From contig NC_086108.1 of assembly GCF_963921235.1 (NCBI RefSeq), forward strand, positions 73,658,001-73,722,000: a stretch of DNA of 64,000 nt, given 5' to 3'. Positions within the stretch are counted from its first letter, which is position 1. The number at the start of each line of letters is the position of its first letter. The position numbers and the translations under genes are program-made. The DNA is from Mobula hypostoma (Eukaryota). A model generated the notes under the pieces. That model was not told the DNA's origin. It saw nothing but the letters and a program-made list of their open reading frames with translations, and ran no database searches. Of this stretch, positions 27,909-42,536 are shown in pieces.

Positions 27909-28319
27909 TCAGGAAATACATTTCTCAATGATATTTTAAAACCAGTTTTGTAAGCGTCAAGTGGCGAAGCAAATGGAGTTTTCACTTGGATGAGTCTTTC
28001 ATGTGATAAAGCGAAGTTTTAGAAGATTCGATAATTATACTAAAAGAATTTAATCAAAGAGTATTTGATAAAAGTCACCTGGCAGTCAGGATTAAGGATC
28101 TATGATCATTTGAAAACTTGACTGACCAACACAAAATGCAACAATGAAGTACCAAGCTGAAAATGTCCACTGATCATTCATTTCCCAACATCAAGTTAAT
28201 GGGAAACTTCATGCTCATCTTTAATATCAAACTACTTTGAAATCTTTTTTTCTTTACAAAATTCCTTCATGAATACTTTACTTCAGAGCTCCCCAGGAAA
28301 AGGAACAAACGTGAGATCT

Positions 28320-29105
28320 ATATAGATCAGGTTAATGTGCTGGATCATGCTGAGATAGTGTCGCAGCTTCTGAAAAACATTAGTATAGATAGACCTCTGG
28401 GCCAGACAGGAGATACCCCAGGTTATTAAGGGAAGCAAGGGAAGAGATTGCTGGGGCACTGACAATGATCTTTGCATACTTCCTGACCACAGTGGGATAG
28501 CAAATGTTATTGTTATTCAAGAAAGGTATAGGGATAATTCCAGAAATTATAGACCAGTAAATCTTATTTTAGTGATAAGCAAAGTATTGCGGAGAATTCT
28601 TAGATATAGAATTTATGAGTATTTAGAGAAGCATAGTTTAGAAAATCACGACTTTGTGAGAGACAGATCATGCATCATGAATCCAATTGATATGGACTTC
28701 ATATGACATTTGACAAGTTCTCCATAGTAGACTCAATCAGAAAGTCAAGAGGCATGGGATCTATGGTAATTTGGCTACATGGATTCAGAATTAGCTTGCT
28801 CACAGCAAGTAGAAGATGGAGCCTGGAGGCCAGTGACAAGTGGTGTTCTGCACTGACCCCAAGACCACTGCTCTTTGTGATCTTCATAAACGACTTGAAT
28901 GAGGAAGAGGAGGGGTGGGTTAGCAAGTGTGCAGATGACATGAAAGTTGGTGGCATTGTAGAAGGTTGTCAGAGGCTATAACAGAATATAGACAAGATGC
29001 AGAACTGGGCAGAGAAGTGGAAGATGGAATTCAATCCGGAAAAGTGTGAAATGATACACGGTAGAAAATGAAACTTGAAGGTAGGATGCAAAGTTAATGG
29101 CAGTA
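28320..29105 (+). mobile_element. old CR1 RT fragment
   Basis: [11 protein letters not shown]...SKCADD; degenerate PGPD and NYRPV motifs. Confidence 0.8.
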
Positions 29106-29871
29106 TGCAAGAACAAGGGCATACCACAGACTGATGGATAAATTCATTTACAGTTATTGTTCTGAATACTCAATGTCATCTGTTGGCTCTACCAATCGTT
29201 GCAGTACTTTTAAATAGGCAAGTATTGAAAATGGTATCAAGTCCCATCATTCTTGAATTTAACAGACTTGCTTCATTAAGTACACTGTCTCAAGTGCAAC
29301 AGTAGATTAAAAGTAAAAAAAAATTTTTCAAGTTATGCTACTGAAATATACAGACTCTGAAGTCAGTAGCAAATCCGGTTTAATGCCTGCACAATAAGAA
29401 TACTGCCACCCCCCGGCCCATCTGCTACTGTGCTCCATTATTGGAATCCACATGGAGAGCAGCGGCAGACCAGCACCTTGTTGAGATTCTCCAGCATTTA
29501 TATTAAGATACTGCATTCTGATCCTGTGCCAGGTTATACCTGATGCAGGATCCGCTTGACCAATGATTTCAATAAGAACTGAATAACATGGAGAAAAAAA
29601 GAGGAAAAGACATGGAAAATACCTTTTTTTTAAAATTATGTTGTTTGTTTATTTAATTGAGTTTTAAGATGCATTTTACCATCTTGCTAATGGTTTTTAA
29701 TGTTTTTTTGTAATTGTTTTAAAAAGCTCCGTTCATCCAAGATGTTCAGAAATATTTGAAAACTGTGACAATTTTGAAAATTATCTTTGCCAGTTTTCAA
29801 AACATCCAGAGAAATTTACAGGGGAAAGCTTGCGGAGGTTTGCCAAAATAAGGCCTTTCTACCATTGACAA

Positions 29872-31515
29872 ACAAGAAAATTTGCAGATGCTGGAAATCC
29901 AAGCAACACACACAAAATGCTGGAGGAACTCAGCAGGCCAGGCAGCATCTATGGAAAAAAGTACAATCGATGTTTAGGGCCAAGACCCATAGGTAGGACT
30001 GAAGAAAGAAAAATGAGGAGCAGATTTAAAAGCTGGGGGGAGGGGAGAGAGAAACACAAGGTGATAGGGTGAAACCGGGAGGGGGAGGGGAAGGGGAAGT
30101 AAACAGTTGGGAAGTTGATTGCTGAAAGAGCTACAGGGCTGTAGAAGGGGGAGCCTGATAGGAGAGGACAGCAGGCATGGAAGAAAGATAAGGGGGGGGG
30201 GGAGCACCAGAGGGAGGCGATGGGCAGGCAAGGAGATAAGGTGAGAGAGGGAAAAGGGGACGGGTACTGGTGGCGTGGGGGGGGGTGGGTTTACCAGAAG
30301 TTTGAGAAATCAATGTTCATGACATCAGGTTGGAAGCTATCCAGACGGAATATAAGGTGTTCTTCCTCCAACCCGAGTGTGGCCTCATCACGACAGTAGA
30401 GGACGCAATAGATTAACATATCGGAATGGAAATACGAAGTGGAATTAAAATGGGTGGCCACTGGAAGATTCGGCTTCTTCTGGCGGACAGAGTGCAAGTG
30501 CTCGGTGAAGCTGTATCCCAATCTGTGTCGGATCTCATCGATTTTCAGGAGACCACACTGGGAGCATTGGACACAGTTATATGAACCCAACAGACTCATA
30601 GGCGAAGGACTGTTTAGGGCCTTGAATGATAGTGAGAGAGGAGGTACAGCACTTGTTCTGCTTGCAAGGATATGTGTCAGGAGGGAGATCAGTGGGGAGG
30701 GACAGATGGATAAGGGCATTGCAGAGAGAGCAAGCCCTGTAGAAAGCAGAAAGAGTGGAGGAGGGAAAGATGTGCTTGGTGGTGGGATCCTGTTGGAGAT
30801 GGCGGAAGTTCCAGAAAATTATGTGCTAGACACGGAGGCTGGTGGGGCGGTAAGTGATGACAAGAGGAACTCTATCCCTGGTAGGGTAGCGGGAGGATGG
30901 GGTAAGAGCAGACAGGCGTGAAATGGAAGAGACGTGGTTGAGGGCAGCCTTGATGGTGAAGAGATGCCCCTTTCTTTGAAAAAGGAAGACACCTCCTTTG
31001 CTCTGGATTGAAAAGCCTCATACTGAGAGCAGATGCAGTGGAGATGGAGGAATTGAGAGAAGGGGACAGCATTTTTACAAGTAACCAGGTGGGAAGAGGT
31101 ATAGTCCAGGTAGCTGTGAGAGTCCATGGGTTTATAACAGACATCAGCACATAAACTGACTCCAGAGACAGAGAGATCAAGAAAAGGGAGGGAGGTGTCA
31201 GAAATTGTCCAGGTAAATTTGAGGGCAGGGTGGAAGTTGGAGGCAAAGTTGATGAAGTCGATGAGCTCAGCATGGATGTAAGGAGCAGCACCAACACGGT
31301 CGTCAATGCAGCATAGGAAGAGTGAGGGTCAGACACCAGTGTAAGCTTGGAACATAGACTGTTCCATGTAGCTGGCAAAAATGCAGGCATAGCTGGGACC
31401 CATGTGAGTGCCCATGGCTACACTTTTTGTTTGAAGATAGTGGGAGGAACCAAAAGAGAAATTATTAAGCGTGTGGACAAATTCCGCTAGACAGAGGAGA
31501 GTGGTGGTGGAAGGG
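29872..31515 (-). mobile_element. Penelope-like element (RT C-half, GIY-YIG, terminal repeat)
   Basis: VAMGTHMGPSYAC, SHSYLDYTSSH, FTEHL...HFN motifs. Confidence 0.88.
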
Positions 31516-32278
31516 AAAAACATTCCTTGAAGTAAGATTAATTTTTCAGCTAATGTAAGACCAGGGTAGAATACAGCCATAGTTAATAATTGATGAATGC
31601 AACTTAAAAAAATACTGACACAGCAGAAGAGTAGTTTTACTAAGGCAAATCATCAGGTAATTATTATGAATCCCCGAGGATGCTTGAAAATTATGCACAC
31701 TTGCGGACTTCCTAAATATAACAGGGAATTTATGCCAAATTATTGAACAGCTTTGTGTCATTACTACAAACTGAGTTGAATCTCTCATAATTATTGCACT
31801 TAACACATTGAAAGGTCATTCAGTCTTTGACTTAGACACACACACACACACAGAGGAAGGAAAAATAGTTCTCAAATGCTCTATTTTCTTATCCATAATG
31901 CTACTGTCTTGAATGGTAAAACAAGAAACACGTCACATATTAAGATTATAGGGTCTATGATATCTTTATATGTATGCGATAGTTGTTTTATTCTACGGAT
32001 TGTTTAAATTTACAAATGACCAGTAGTGATTTCTATTTTACTGCATACAAGCAAATTGTGGACTTAGTTTGAAAGATATTGTGTGAAAGAAATAGGAAAT
32101 GCTTTTTATCCACATTCATTCTACCTGTCAGCAGCGCACCATTGCTCCCATGTGTACCATCTACAAAATGCATTGCAGAATTGCTTCAATCCGATTTCAA
32201 GAGCACTTCTCCAGCCCATTATCTCAACTATCAGAAAAATAAGGCCAGTAAGCACCTGGGATCAAGAATATCAATAGA

Positions 32279-33294
32279 AACATAGAAAACCTACAGCACA
32301 ATACAGGCCCTTCGACCCACAGAGTTGTGCCGAACATGTCCCTACCTTAGAAATTACTAAGCTTACCTATAGCCCTCTATTTTACTAAGCTCCATGTACC
32401 TATCCAAAAGTCTCTTAAAAGACCCTATTGTATCCGCCTCCACCACCGTTGCCGGCAGCCCATTCCACGCAATTACCACTCTCTTGAGTAAAAAACTTAC
32501 CCCTGACATCTCCTCTCTACCTACTCCCCAGCACCTTAAACCTGTGTCCTCTTGTGGCAACCATTTCAGCCCTGGGAAAAAGCCTCTGACTATCCACACA
32601 ATCAATGTCTCTCATCATTTTATACACCTCTATCAGGTCACCTCTCATCCTCCGTCACTTCAAGGGGAAAAGGCCGAGTGCACTCAACCTATTCTCATAA
32701 GGCACACTCCCCAATCCAGGCAACATCCTTGTAAATCTCCTCTGCACCCTTTCTATGGCTTCCATATCTTCCTGTAGTGAGGCGACCAGAACTGAGCACA
32801 GTACTCCAAGTGGGGTCTGACCAGCGTCCTATATAGCTGCAACATTACCTCTCGGCTCCTAAATTCAATTCCACGATTGGTGAAGGCCAATACACCGTAC
32901 GCCTTCTTAACAACAGAGTCAACCTGCACAGCTGCTTTGAGTGTCCTGTGGACTTGGACCCCAAGATCCCTCTGATCCTCCGCACTGCCAAGAGTCTTAC
33001 CATTAATACTATATTCTGCCATCATATTTGACCTACCAAAATGAACAACTTCACACTTCACTCCGTCTGCCACTTCTCAGCCCAGTTTTGCATCCTATCA
33101 ATGTCCCTCTGTAACCTCTGACAGCCCTCCACACTATCCACAACACCCCCAACCTTTTGTGTTATCAGCAAACTTACTAAGCTATCCCTCCACTTCCTCA
33201 TCCAGGTCATTTTTAAAAATCACGAAGAGTAAAGGTCCCAGAACACATCCTGAGGCACACCACTGGTGACCGACCTCCATGCAGAATATGACCC
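32279..33294 (-). mobile_element. 5'-truncated CR1 with TSD
   Basis: LVRPHLEYCAQFWSP; (atagaaac) tail; 9-bp TSD ATCAATAGA at 32270-32278 and 33295-33303. Confidence 0.92.
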
Positions 33295-33671
33295 ATCAAT
33301 AGATTCTCCTTCAAGTCACAATCTCATTTGACGTGTTCATAGAATGGCACTCATTCTTTGTTACTGGATCTAAATGCTAGAGTTACCACTCTGAATTACT
33401 GCTGTTCTTCTGGTAAAACCCTTCAGATGACAGCAGTAATTAAAAGAGGTAACTCACCAGTACCATTTTGAAAGCAATTAGCGACTTCTAGATTCACAAA
33501 TGATTTAGTCTTCAAAAGTAGTCTTTACTACCAACTAATATTAAATCAGAAAGCAATGAGTTACTTAGATTGTGATTACTTAAATTTACTTATGAGTCGC
33601 AATAAGATTAATACCAACTGTATTTGTCAGCAATCCATTCACAAAAAAGTCAGCAATGACAGCATTTTTTA

Positions 33672-33851
<180 letters not shown>

Positions 33852-35799
33852 TCAAGTCAATAACAGAGACTATTTAAACAGCTCAGGCTTTGTGATGAAT
33901 TATATGGCTGCCAAAACATTTTCAAAAATCAAACTCTCTAGAAAGTTCTATAAATAAATTGCTTGTAATTTGAGTTTTCCACAGTATTAAGTTTTGGAAG
34001 TGTATACATCAATAATACTCAGATGGAAGTGAATTCAAGGTACTAACTTAATCTGACTTTGAGATGTTTGCTCAAAACACTTCAGATACTTTATGAGCAA
34101 CAGACTACTGTAATTGAAATAATTATTTGGTTATTAGTGGTATGCTTTACAGGTGGCCATTTTATGATTATATTATAAACAATTTTTTGAATACAGCTCC
34201 TTGACATATGCTATCCTAAAAGTAACTTGGATAACCTTAGTTTAAGCACTGACTTTTTAAGCGTCTTGTTAAATACTGGGCCAATTAATAGCCAAATATA
34301 GACAAAGGTGAGTGTAACATACAATCATCGAGCTCACTTTTAAACAAATTAGAAATGAAAGAATAACTTCATTTATGTACAGCTCTGTGCCAGAGAAAAT
34401 ACACATAAAACTTAGCATGGATTGAAATTAACAAATCTCACACATATTCAAAATGATCAGATTGTTGCTGAGTTAAAGAATGGCAGATAAAATATTGAAA
34501 GTACAAAAGGAGAAACTTGGGTATGTGGTCTAAGTACCTTCAAACATTATGTATGGCTGTTCAGTAATTGGTACTGAAGACTCTGGAAAGGATTTAGCAG
34601 CTATGCATTGAAGCTTGCCATCCTGAGGCTGTAGTCAACAACGCTAGTCAACCACTGTGTTATAATAAAGATTATGACGAAATACATTTTTTTCCTGAGC
34701 TTCCCAAATTTCTGAAAAGATTGTCTTTGTTATAAATTGTTATGTCATTTTGGACCTAACTTTACAGGCCAAGACAGCGAAATGAGGTGATGGCAAGTCT
34801 AGCACTTTGGGCAATGGATGGAGAAGGAAGAGAGAAGGAAATCCATCAGATTCATTCAAAACCAAGTGGGGAGAATTAACAAATAATCAAGGGGCCTGGC
34901 AAATACAGCAAAAAATGATGTCAGTAGCAGTCAGAGTGAAAGAAAGTCAAAAAAGGATAGAGGAGAGTAGAGAAATAAAGAGCTAAGAAAAAGAAAAGAC
35001 TAAAAGACTTGTGGTATGTCAATACTGTCATTTATGGATTTTCTGTATTAATTTGCAACTGAATATAAATAAAAAATTAGATAAATATCTTTTGCTTCGA
35101 ATAAAAGTAAATTATTTTTACTTTTCGGTATTATAAGAAAAATAATCAGATTCTAATGAATACTTCATTTCATTTCTGTTTTACAAAATGAAATCAATTT
35201 TCCCAGCAGCTGACAGATTGAGAAGCTAGCAACAAGAAGAAAATATTGGCCAATACACCAGGAGAATTCCCCAGTTCAAACTTAAATAATAGAATGCCAA
35301 TGCCTGCTTAATGTCTCATTAAAAAGACAACATCCTCTAATGTTGTAATACTTAGTACTTTTCTGAACTGTCAAATCTGGAATGGGAACTCCAGTAAGAG
35401 GTGAGACTGTTTGCACTGACCATGGCTATCACACAAGATCACCACTTATTTTTTGGTTTACAATAATACTCCTAAATAGAACTCACAATATGGTAAATTC
35501 TGTTTATTAGCTTGTAACTAAGATAATACAATCTATTGTATTATAAGAGCTAGCATATATACAAATTAAAATGTCAAAAAACCCTTTCCTCATGGATGCT
35601 GCTTGACCCTCAACAATTTGTTTAATGTCAGTGATAGAGAGGGTTTGCATGTTATATTGATGTCAACTGGTTTACAAGTTGTTATTCACAACTAAATCAA
35701 CAAATCAAGAAGACATCTAACATGCAAGAAAAACAAGCACTTCAGACATAGGTTGCAAGTCTAGAAGAAAACAATAAATTCAAATTCAAGGATTCATAC

Positions 35800-35938
35800 T
35801 TGTCTGGCTTGAGGTCTCGATGAACAACACCATAATTGTGCAGATATTCTAAAGCTAGTACAGTTTCTGCAAAATACATCCTGGCCATTTCAACAGGCAG
35901 AGCACCAATATTCTTCAGTAAAGTTGCACAGTCCCCAC
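35800..35938 (-). CDS. MAST2: MAST2 exon, catalytic loop ([11 protein letters not shown]...VHRDLKPD)
   Basis: catag|GT acceptor, AA|gtatga donor, 139 nt. Confidence 0.96.
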
Positions 35939-35981
35939 CTATGGTACAAAATGTAAATATAAAGGACATGATTATAGAGTA

Positions 35982-37310
35982 ACGATAAAATTGTCAGATG
36001 CTGGAAATCCAAAGCAACACACACAAAATGCCGGAGGAACTCTGCAGGCCATACAGCATCTATGGAAAAGAGTACAGTTAATATTTCAGGCCGAGATCCT
36101 TCAACAGGACTGGAAAGTAAGGGGGAAGGAGTCAGACTAAGAAGGTGGGGGAGGGGAGGAAATAGTACAAGAATGCAAATAGGAAGTAGAATTGAAATGG
36201 GTGGCCACCAGGAAATCCCTCTTTTTGTGGTGGACGTAGCAGAAGTGCTTGACGAAGTGGCGCCCCAATCTATGTTAGATCTCACCTACACACAGGAGGT
36301 CACGCTGTGAGCATTGGATGCAGTAGATGACCTGAATAGACTCTTAAATGAAGTGTTACCTCACCTGGAAGGACTGTTTGGGGTCCTGACTGATAGAGAG
36401 GGAGGAGGTGTAGGACAGGTATAGCACTTGTTCTGCTTGCAATGATAAGTATCAGGAGGGAGATCAGTGGGGAGGGATAAATGGACAAGGGAGTCATGTA
36501 GGGAGCAATCCCTGCAGAAAGCAGAAAGCGGGGGAAGAGAAAGATGTGCTTGGTGGTGGGATCCTGTTAGAGAGGGTGGAAGTTCCAAAGAATTATGTGT
36601 TGGACATGGAGGCTAATGGGGTGGTAAGTGAGGACAGGAGGAACCCCATCCCTGGTGTGGTGATGGGAGGATGGGGTGAAGGCAGATGTGCGCGAAATGG
36701 AAGAGATGCGGGTGAGGGAGCAAAGCTGGTGGAGGAAAGGATGCTCCTTTCTTTGAAGGAGGAGGACATCTCAGTTGTTCTGAAATGAAAAGCCTCATTT
36801 GACAGCAGATGCAGCAGAGATGGAGGAATTGAGGTAAGGGAATGGCATTTTTACAAGTGACAGGGTGGGAAGAGGTATAGTCTAGATAGTTGAGAGAGTC
36901 AGTGGGTTTGTAAAAGATATCAGTAGATGGTCTGTCTTCAGAAATGGAGACAGAGAGATCGAGAAAGGGGAGAGAGGTGTCAGAAACGGACCAAGAGAAT
37001 TTGAGGGTGGAAGCTGGAGGCAAAGTTGATGAGCTCAGCATGGGTGCAGGAAGCAGCACCAATGCAGTCATCGACATAGTGTAGGAAGAGTTGGGGAGTG
37101 ATGCCAGTGCAGGCTTTGAACATGGACCCTTCTATGTAGCCGATAAGAAGACAGACATAGCTGAGACCTATGCGAATTCCCATGGCTACACCTTTGATTT
37201 GAAGAAAGTGGAAGGAGCCGAAGGAGAAATTGTTGAGGGTGACGACTACTGTTGCCAGATGGAGGAGAGTGGTGGTTGGAGGAGCAACACCCTATATTTT
37301 GTCTGGGTAT
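35982..37310 (-). mobile_element. Penelope-like element, internally deleted
   Basis: YVDDCIGA, LPFLDLSV, YKPTDSLNYLDYTSSHP; ends ~45 nt from a MAST2 acceptor. Confidence 0.88.
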
Positions 37311-37635
37311 GTCTGCACCGGCCATCAACTATCCATTTCTTCCTCATTTTCCACTACTTCTATTAAAATTCTCCAGTAGTCAACATTACTTATGAAGGCA
37401 CAAAGTACTGATGGATGACAGGAATCATGGTGTTGAAAGATGTACTTAACAGATGAGCTGTTGTAACACTACTTGGCAGGGCGGGTGGGAACCAGAGGGG
37501 GAAGAAACACTAAAAGGCATCCAGGTTTAGGTATGTTGAAGAAAACAAAGAGAAAGGGGATGGAAATAGTGCAGGATAACAGCAAAGGTAATGATAAGGT
37601 GTATCAGAAAGGTACACAAACATAATAATGTAGTA

Positions 37636-38130
37636 TAGTGGATTCTGGTTAATTGGGACACATGGGACCGGTACATTTTGACCCAATTAAGTGGCTGCCC
37701 CAATTAGTCAAACTTTCATGGACATAGTTAAAAAGGAATAAAAAAACACAAAATGATGAACAAATTACGCATTTAAATGAAATACAGAACAAATCAGAAC
37801 ACTACCAAGAGTATTACAGTACTATAAAAACATGTATTAGTTCCTAATAGTTATCAATGTAGGAATTCATTCCGTACACACAACGAACAAAATCACCACT
37901 TAGTGTAGATAATGGACTGCCTGAATATAATGCTATCAATGATTGCATCCTTCAAATCTTCACTTTCACTGTAACATTCAAGATGATTGTCATTAGATAC
38001 CTTCAAATTCTTGAAGTAGTGAAATAGTCCCATTTTCACTCCTGACCATTTCTGGCATCTGCAAGCCTGAATGCTTGAAACCGCCGTGAGAAAAACAGTT
38101 CTAGAATTGTCTTAATGCTTATTTCTTGCC
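37636..38130. mobile_element. probable pogo/Tigger-type DNA transposon fragment
   Basis: Tigger-like terminus (ta)tagtggattctggttaattgggacac...; no partner TIR seen. Confidence 0.45.
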
Positions 38131-38264
38131 AACCAATGGGGCTGAAAGGGATAATAAATCAGCCATGATGGAATGGTGGATCAGACTTAATGGGTCGAAT
38201 AGTCCAATTCTGCTCCTATGTCTTATTGTCTAAAATCAAATTACAAAGGTAGCCTTGGAATGAT

Positions 38265-38665
38265 ACATAGAAACATAGAAGAACATAGAAAACCTACAGC
38301 ACAATACAGGCCCTTCGGCCCACAATGTTGTGCCGAACATGTCCCTGCCTTGGAAATTACTAGGCTTATCCATAGCCCTCTATTTTTCTAAGCTTCATGT
38401 ACCTATCCAAAAGTCTCTTAAAAGACCCTATCGTATCCACCTCCACCACCGTTGCCGGCAGCCCTTTCCACACATTCACCACTCTCTGAGTAAAAAACTT
38501 ACCCCTGACAACTCCTCTGTACCTACTCCCCAGCACCTTAAACCTGTGTCCTCTTGTGGCAACCATTTCAGCCCTGGGAAAAAGCCTCTGACTATCCGAG
38601 TTCACTCAACCTGTTTTCATAAGGCATGCTCCCCAATCCAGGCAACATCCTTGTAAATCTCCTAT
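38265..38665 (-). mobile_element. CR1 3' end (same subfamily as 32279-33294)
   Basis: Near-identical 3' UTR and (catagaaa) tail. Confidence 0.9.
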
Positions 38666-38959
38666 GCATTTTGAGGAACTAAACAGGGTGCAGCCAATTA
38701 CAGATGTCGTGCAGAATTAATGATCTCATGGTTAAGGATTCACCGGAAAGAGTGACCCTAACATTGTAGAACTACAAGTTCAGTCTGAGAATGAGAAACT
38801 TGGGACTGAAACAATTGTCATAAAATTGAGATTGTTTAGAAAACCATAGTACAATCATGCAGTTAATCAAGTTTTATGAAAAGGAAATTGATGAAGGGTC
38901 TCAGTTCGAAACATCGACTGTTTTCTCCTCTCTGTAGATGGTGCCTGACTTGCTGAGTT

Positions 38960-40690
38960 AAGACAACAAGATATAGGAGCAGAATTAGGCCATTAGGCCA
39001 ATCGAGTCTGCTCCACCATTTCATTATGGCTAATCCAATTTCCCTCTCAGCCCCAATCTCCTGCTTTCTTCCCTGTATCCCTTCATGCCCTACCCAATCA
39101 AAAATCTATTAACCACTGCCTCAAATATACATAAAGACTTGGCCTCCACAGCTGCTTGTGGCAAAGAATTTCACAGATTCGCTACTCTCTGGCTGAAGGA
39201 ATCCCTCCTTATCTCCATTCTAAAAGGAGACCCCTCTATTCTGAAGCCGTGTCATCAGGTCTTAGACTCTCCCAGCATAGGAAACATCACCTCCACGTCC
39301 AAAGATCTCCCGCCATAGGAAGCATCACCTCCACGTCCACTCTATTGAGGCCTTTCACCATTCGATAGGTTTCAATGAGGTCAACCCCCCATTCTTCCGA
39401 ATTCCAGTGAATACAGCGAGCCATCAAGCGCTCTGCATATGACAAGCCACTCAATCCGGAAGTCATTTTTGCGAACCTCTTTTGAACCCGCTCCGGTTTC
39501 AGCACATTCTTTCTTTCTTTCTTTCTTTTTTTTTTTAATTTTATTTTTATTTGGATAAGAAGGGGCCCAAAACTGCTCTCAAAACTCCAAGTGAGGCCTC
39601 ACCAGTGCATTATAAGATCCCAACAGTATATCCTTGTTTTTATATTCTAGTCCTCTTGAAATGAATGCTAACATTGCATTTGCCTTCCTCACCACAGACT
39701 CAACCTGCAAATTAACCTTCAGGGAATTCTGCACAAGGACTCCCAAGTCCCTTTGCATCTCTGTTTTTTGTATTTTCTCTCCATTCAGAAAACAGTCAAT
39801 CCTTTCATTTCTTCTATCAAAGTGCATGACCATACACTTCCCGACACTGTATTCCATCTGCCATTTCTTTGCCCATTCTCCAAATCTGTCTAAGCCCTTC
39901 TGTAACCTCTCTACTTCTTCAAAACTACCTGTCCCTCCTCCTATCAGGTGTAGCACCTTGTCAAAGGCCTTCTGAAAATCCAAGTACACAACATCAACTA
40001 ACTCTCCTTTGTCTATCCTGCTTGTTACTTCTTCAAAGAATTCCAACAGATTTGTCAGGCAAGATTTTCACTTGAGGAAACCATGCTGACTACGGCCTAT
40101 TTTATCATGTGTCTCCTAGTACCCTGAGACCTCAATCCTTAGCAATCAATTCCAACATCTTCCCACCGACCGAAGTCAGACTAACTAGCTTAGGGTTTCC
40201 TTTCTTCGGCCTCTCTCCCTTCTTGAAGTGACATTTGCAATTTTCCTGGCTTCTGGAACATCTAGTGATTCTTGAAAGATCATTACTAATGCCTCCACGA
40301 TCTATTCAGCCACCTCTTTCAGAACTCTGGGGTGTACACCAACTGTTCCAAGTGACTTATCTACCTTTAGACCTTCCAGTTACCCAAGAACCTTCTCTCT
40401 AGTTATGGTAATTTCATACACTTCATGCTCCCTGACACTTGGAACTTCCACCATACTGCTAATGCCTCCACAGTGAAGACTGATTGATGTAAAATACTTA
40501 TTCAGTTTATCCGCTATTTTGTTGTCCCCCATTACTACTTCTCCAGCATCATCTTCTAGTAATCCAATATTTACTCTCGCCTCTCTTTCACACTTTACGT
40601 ATCTGGGAAAAAACTTTTGGTATCCTCTTTAAAGTTACTGGCTAGCTTACTTTCATATTCTATCTTTACCTTCTTAATGACCTTTTAGTT
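38960..40690 (-). mobile_element. CR1 ORF2 fragment with deletions
   Basis: VDVVYLDFQKAFDKV, LVRPHLE, CR1 3' UTR. Confidence 0.88.
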
Positions 40691-40819
40691 TCTCCAACAT
40701 TTTGTGCATGCTGCTCAAGATTCCAAGCAAGTGCAAAGTCTCATGTGTTTATAATAAATTTGTTAGGCATTTTTCTGAGGAGGAACCTGTAAATATGGTA
40801 TGTTTGAATTTCCAGAAGG

Positions 40820-42279
40820 ATGGGTTTTCATTAGGTTCTATTTGAGGGACTCCACTTCCCTTTGATTTTTCTAAATTGGACAAACATATGCATAACCCAA
40901 TAGTTAAATATACTCTTCGAATATGGTTTCAGTTTTGAAAATTTTTTGGATTGAATCTATTTATTTTAGCAAGCCCTGTTCTATTCAATTTTTTCTTTCA
41001 ACCCTCTTTTTTGGATCAAGCCTATCTAATCTGGAAAACTAAAGGTATAATATGTTTTTCTGATTTATTTTTGGATAATTGTTTTATGTCTTTTGAACAA
41101 TTATCTAATAAATACAATTTACCTAGATCCCATTTCTTTAGATACTTACAGATTAGAAACTTTTTAAATACTGTTCTTAGCACCTTTCCGATTTCATATT
41201 CATCGGATATAATGGAAAGAATTCTAGATTTAAGTCCTTTTCAGAAAGGTTTAATAGCAATTACTTATAATATGACTATGAAAAAAAATCCAGATGTATC
41301 GAATTCAATTAAGAACGACTGGAAAAGGGAACTTAAACTTTACCTATAGAGAAATGGCAAAACATTTTTCAATTAGTTAATTCTTCCTCTATATGCGCTA
41401 AACATGCGTTGATACAGTTTAAAGTAGTGCACAGGGCTCACATGTCCAAGGATAAATTAGCTCATTATTACTCTCATATAAATCCTGTATGTGATAGATG
41501 TCATTCTGAGATAGCTTCATTAACTCATATGTTTTGGTCATGCCCTTTGCTGAAGAAATACTGGAATGATATCTTTGATATTATTTCAACTGTTTTGAAT
41601 ATTGATTTACAACCTCATCCTATCACTGCAATCTTTGGTTTACCAATGATAGAACAACACTATCTGACCCCCTCAACTTGTCGGATGATTGCTTTGTTAC
41701 ACTAATGGCTAGAAGATCTATATTATTGAATTGGAAAGAGATTAATCCTCCTACTACATTTCAATGGTTTTCTCAAACTATGTCTTGCTTAAATTTAGAA
41801 AAAATTAGAAACGCCAATTACGACCCTTATATTAAATTTTGAAGAGATTTGGAGACCATTTATTCAATATTTTCATATGATGTAACTTGACCTTTTCCAA
41901 TTCTATTTTGTTACTCCATATTCGGGGAGAGGAGCGGAGTTAACGACACTAATGGTATTATCTGAGGTATTATAACAGCCCATTCTTTTTCTTTTTTTTT
42001 CCTTAGTTTAGTTTAGTTTTCTTTTAATTGGTTTAGATTTTTTTTTCTTTTGGGGTATAATGTTTTTTCTTTTTTCATGATATTTTTATATTTTCACCTT
42101 ATATTTTCCAATATCATATTTGTATTTTTTGAGATTTTGGAAGGCTCATCAATTATGTATCAATTGAGCTCATACTTGCATAAACTATTTATCAATAATG
42201 TAATCCCAATTTCTCTGTATCTATTTTTTATAATGCTTATGATGCTGAAATTAATAAAAACATTTAAAAAGAAAAGAAA
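40820..42279 (+). mobile_element. 5'-truncated L1 (LINE-1 clade) retrotransposon
   Basis: ORF2 C-terminal CCHC knuckle CDRCHSEIASLTHMFWSC; FFRYLQIR; T-rich 3' UTR, AATAAA and A-rich tail; 14-bp TSD GAATTTCCAGAAGG at 40806-40819 and 42280-42293. Confidence 0.92.
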
Positions 42280-42536
42280 GAATTTCCAGAAGGCATTCAA
42301 CCAGGTGGCACATGAGAGGTAAATATACATGACAAGTGCATGTGAGATTAGGGATGATATATCTGCATAGATAGAGTAGTACAAATTATTATATAAACAG
42401 AGTGAAAGCATAAAATGCTGTAGTAAATGAAAAATAAAGGGTTGAAGGTACAGCAGGCATTTACAAAGTCTATTGCAAAGGCTTAGTAGGTTTGTACTAT
42501 AAATAGTGAAACTTGGTATAATAAGAGGTGATTTTG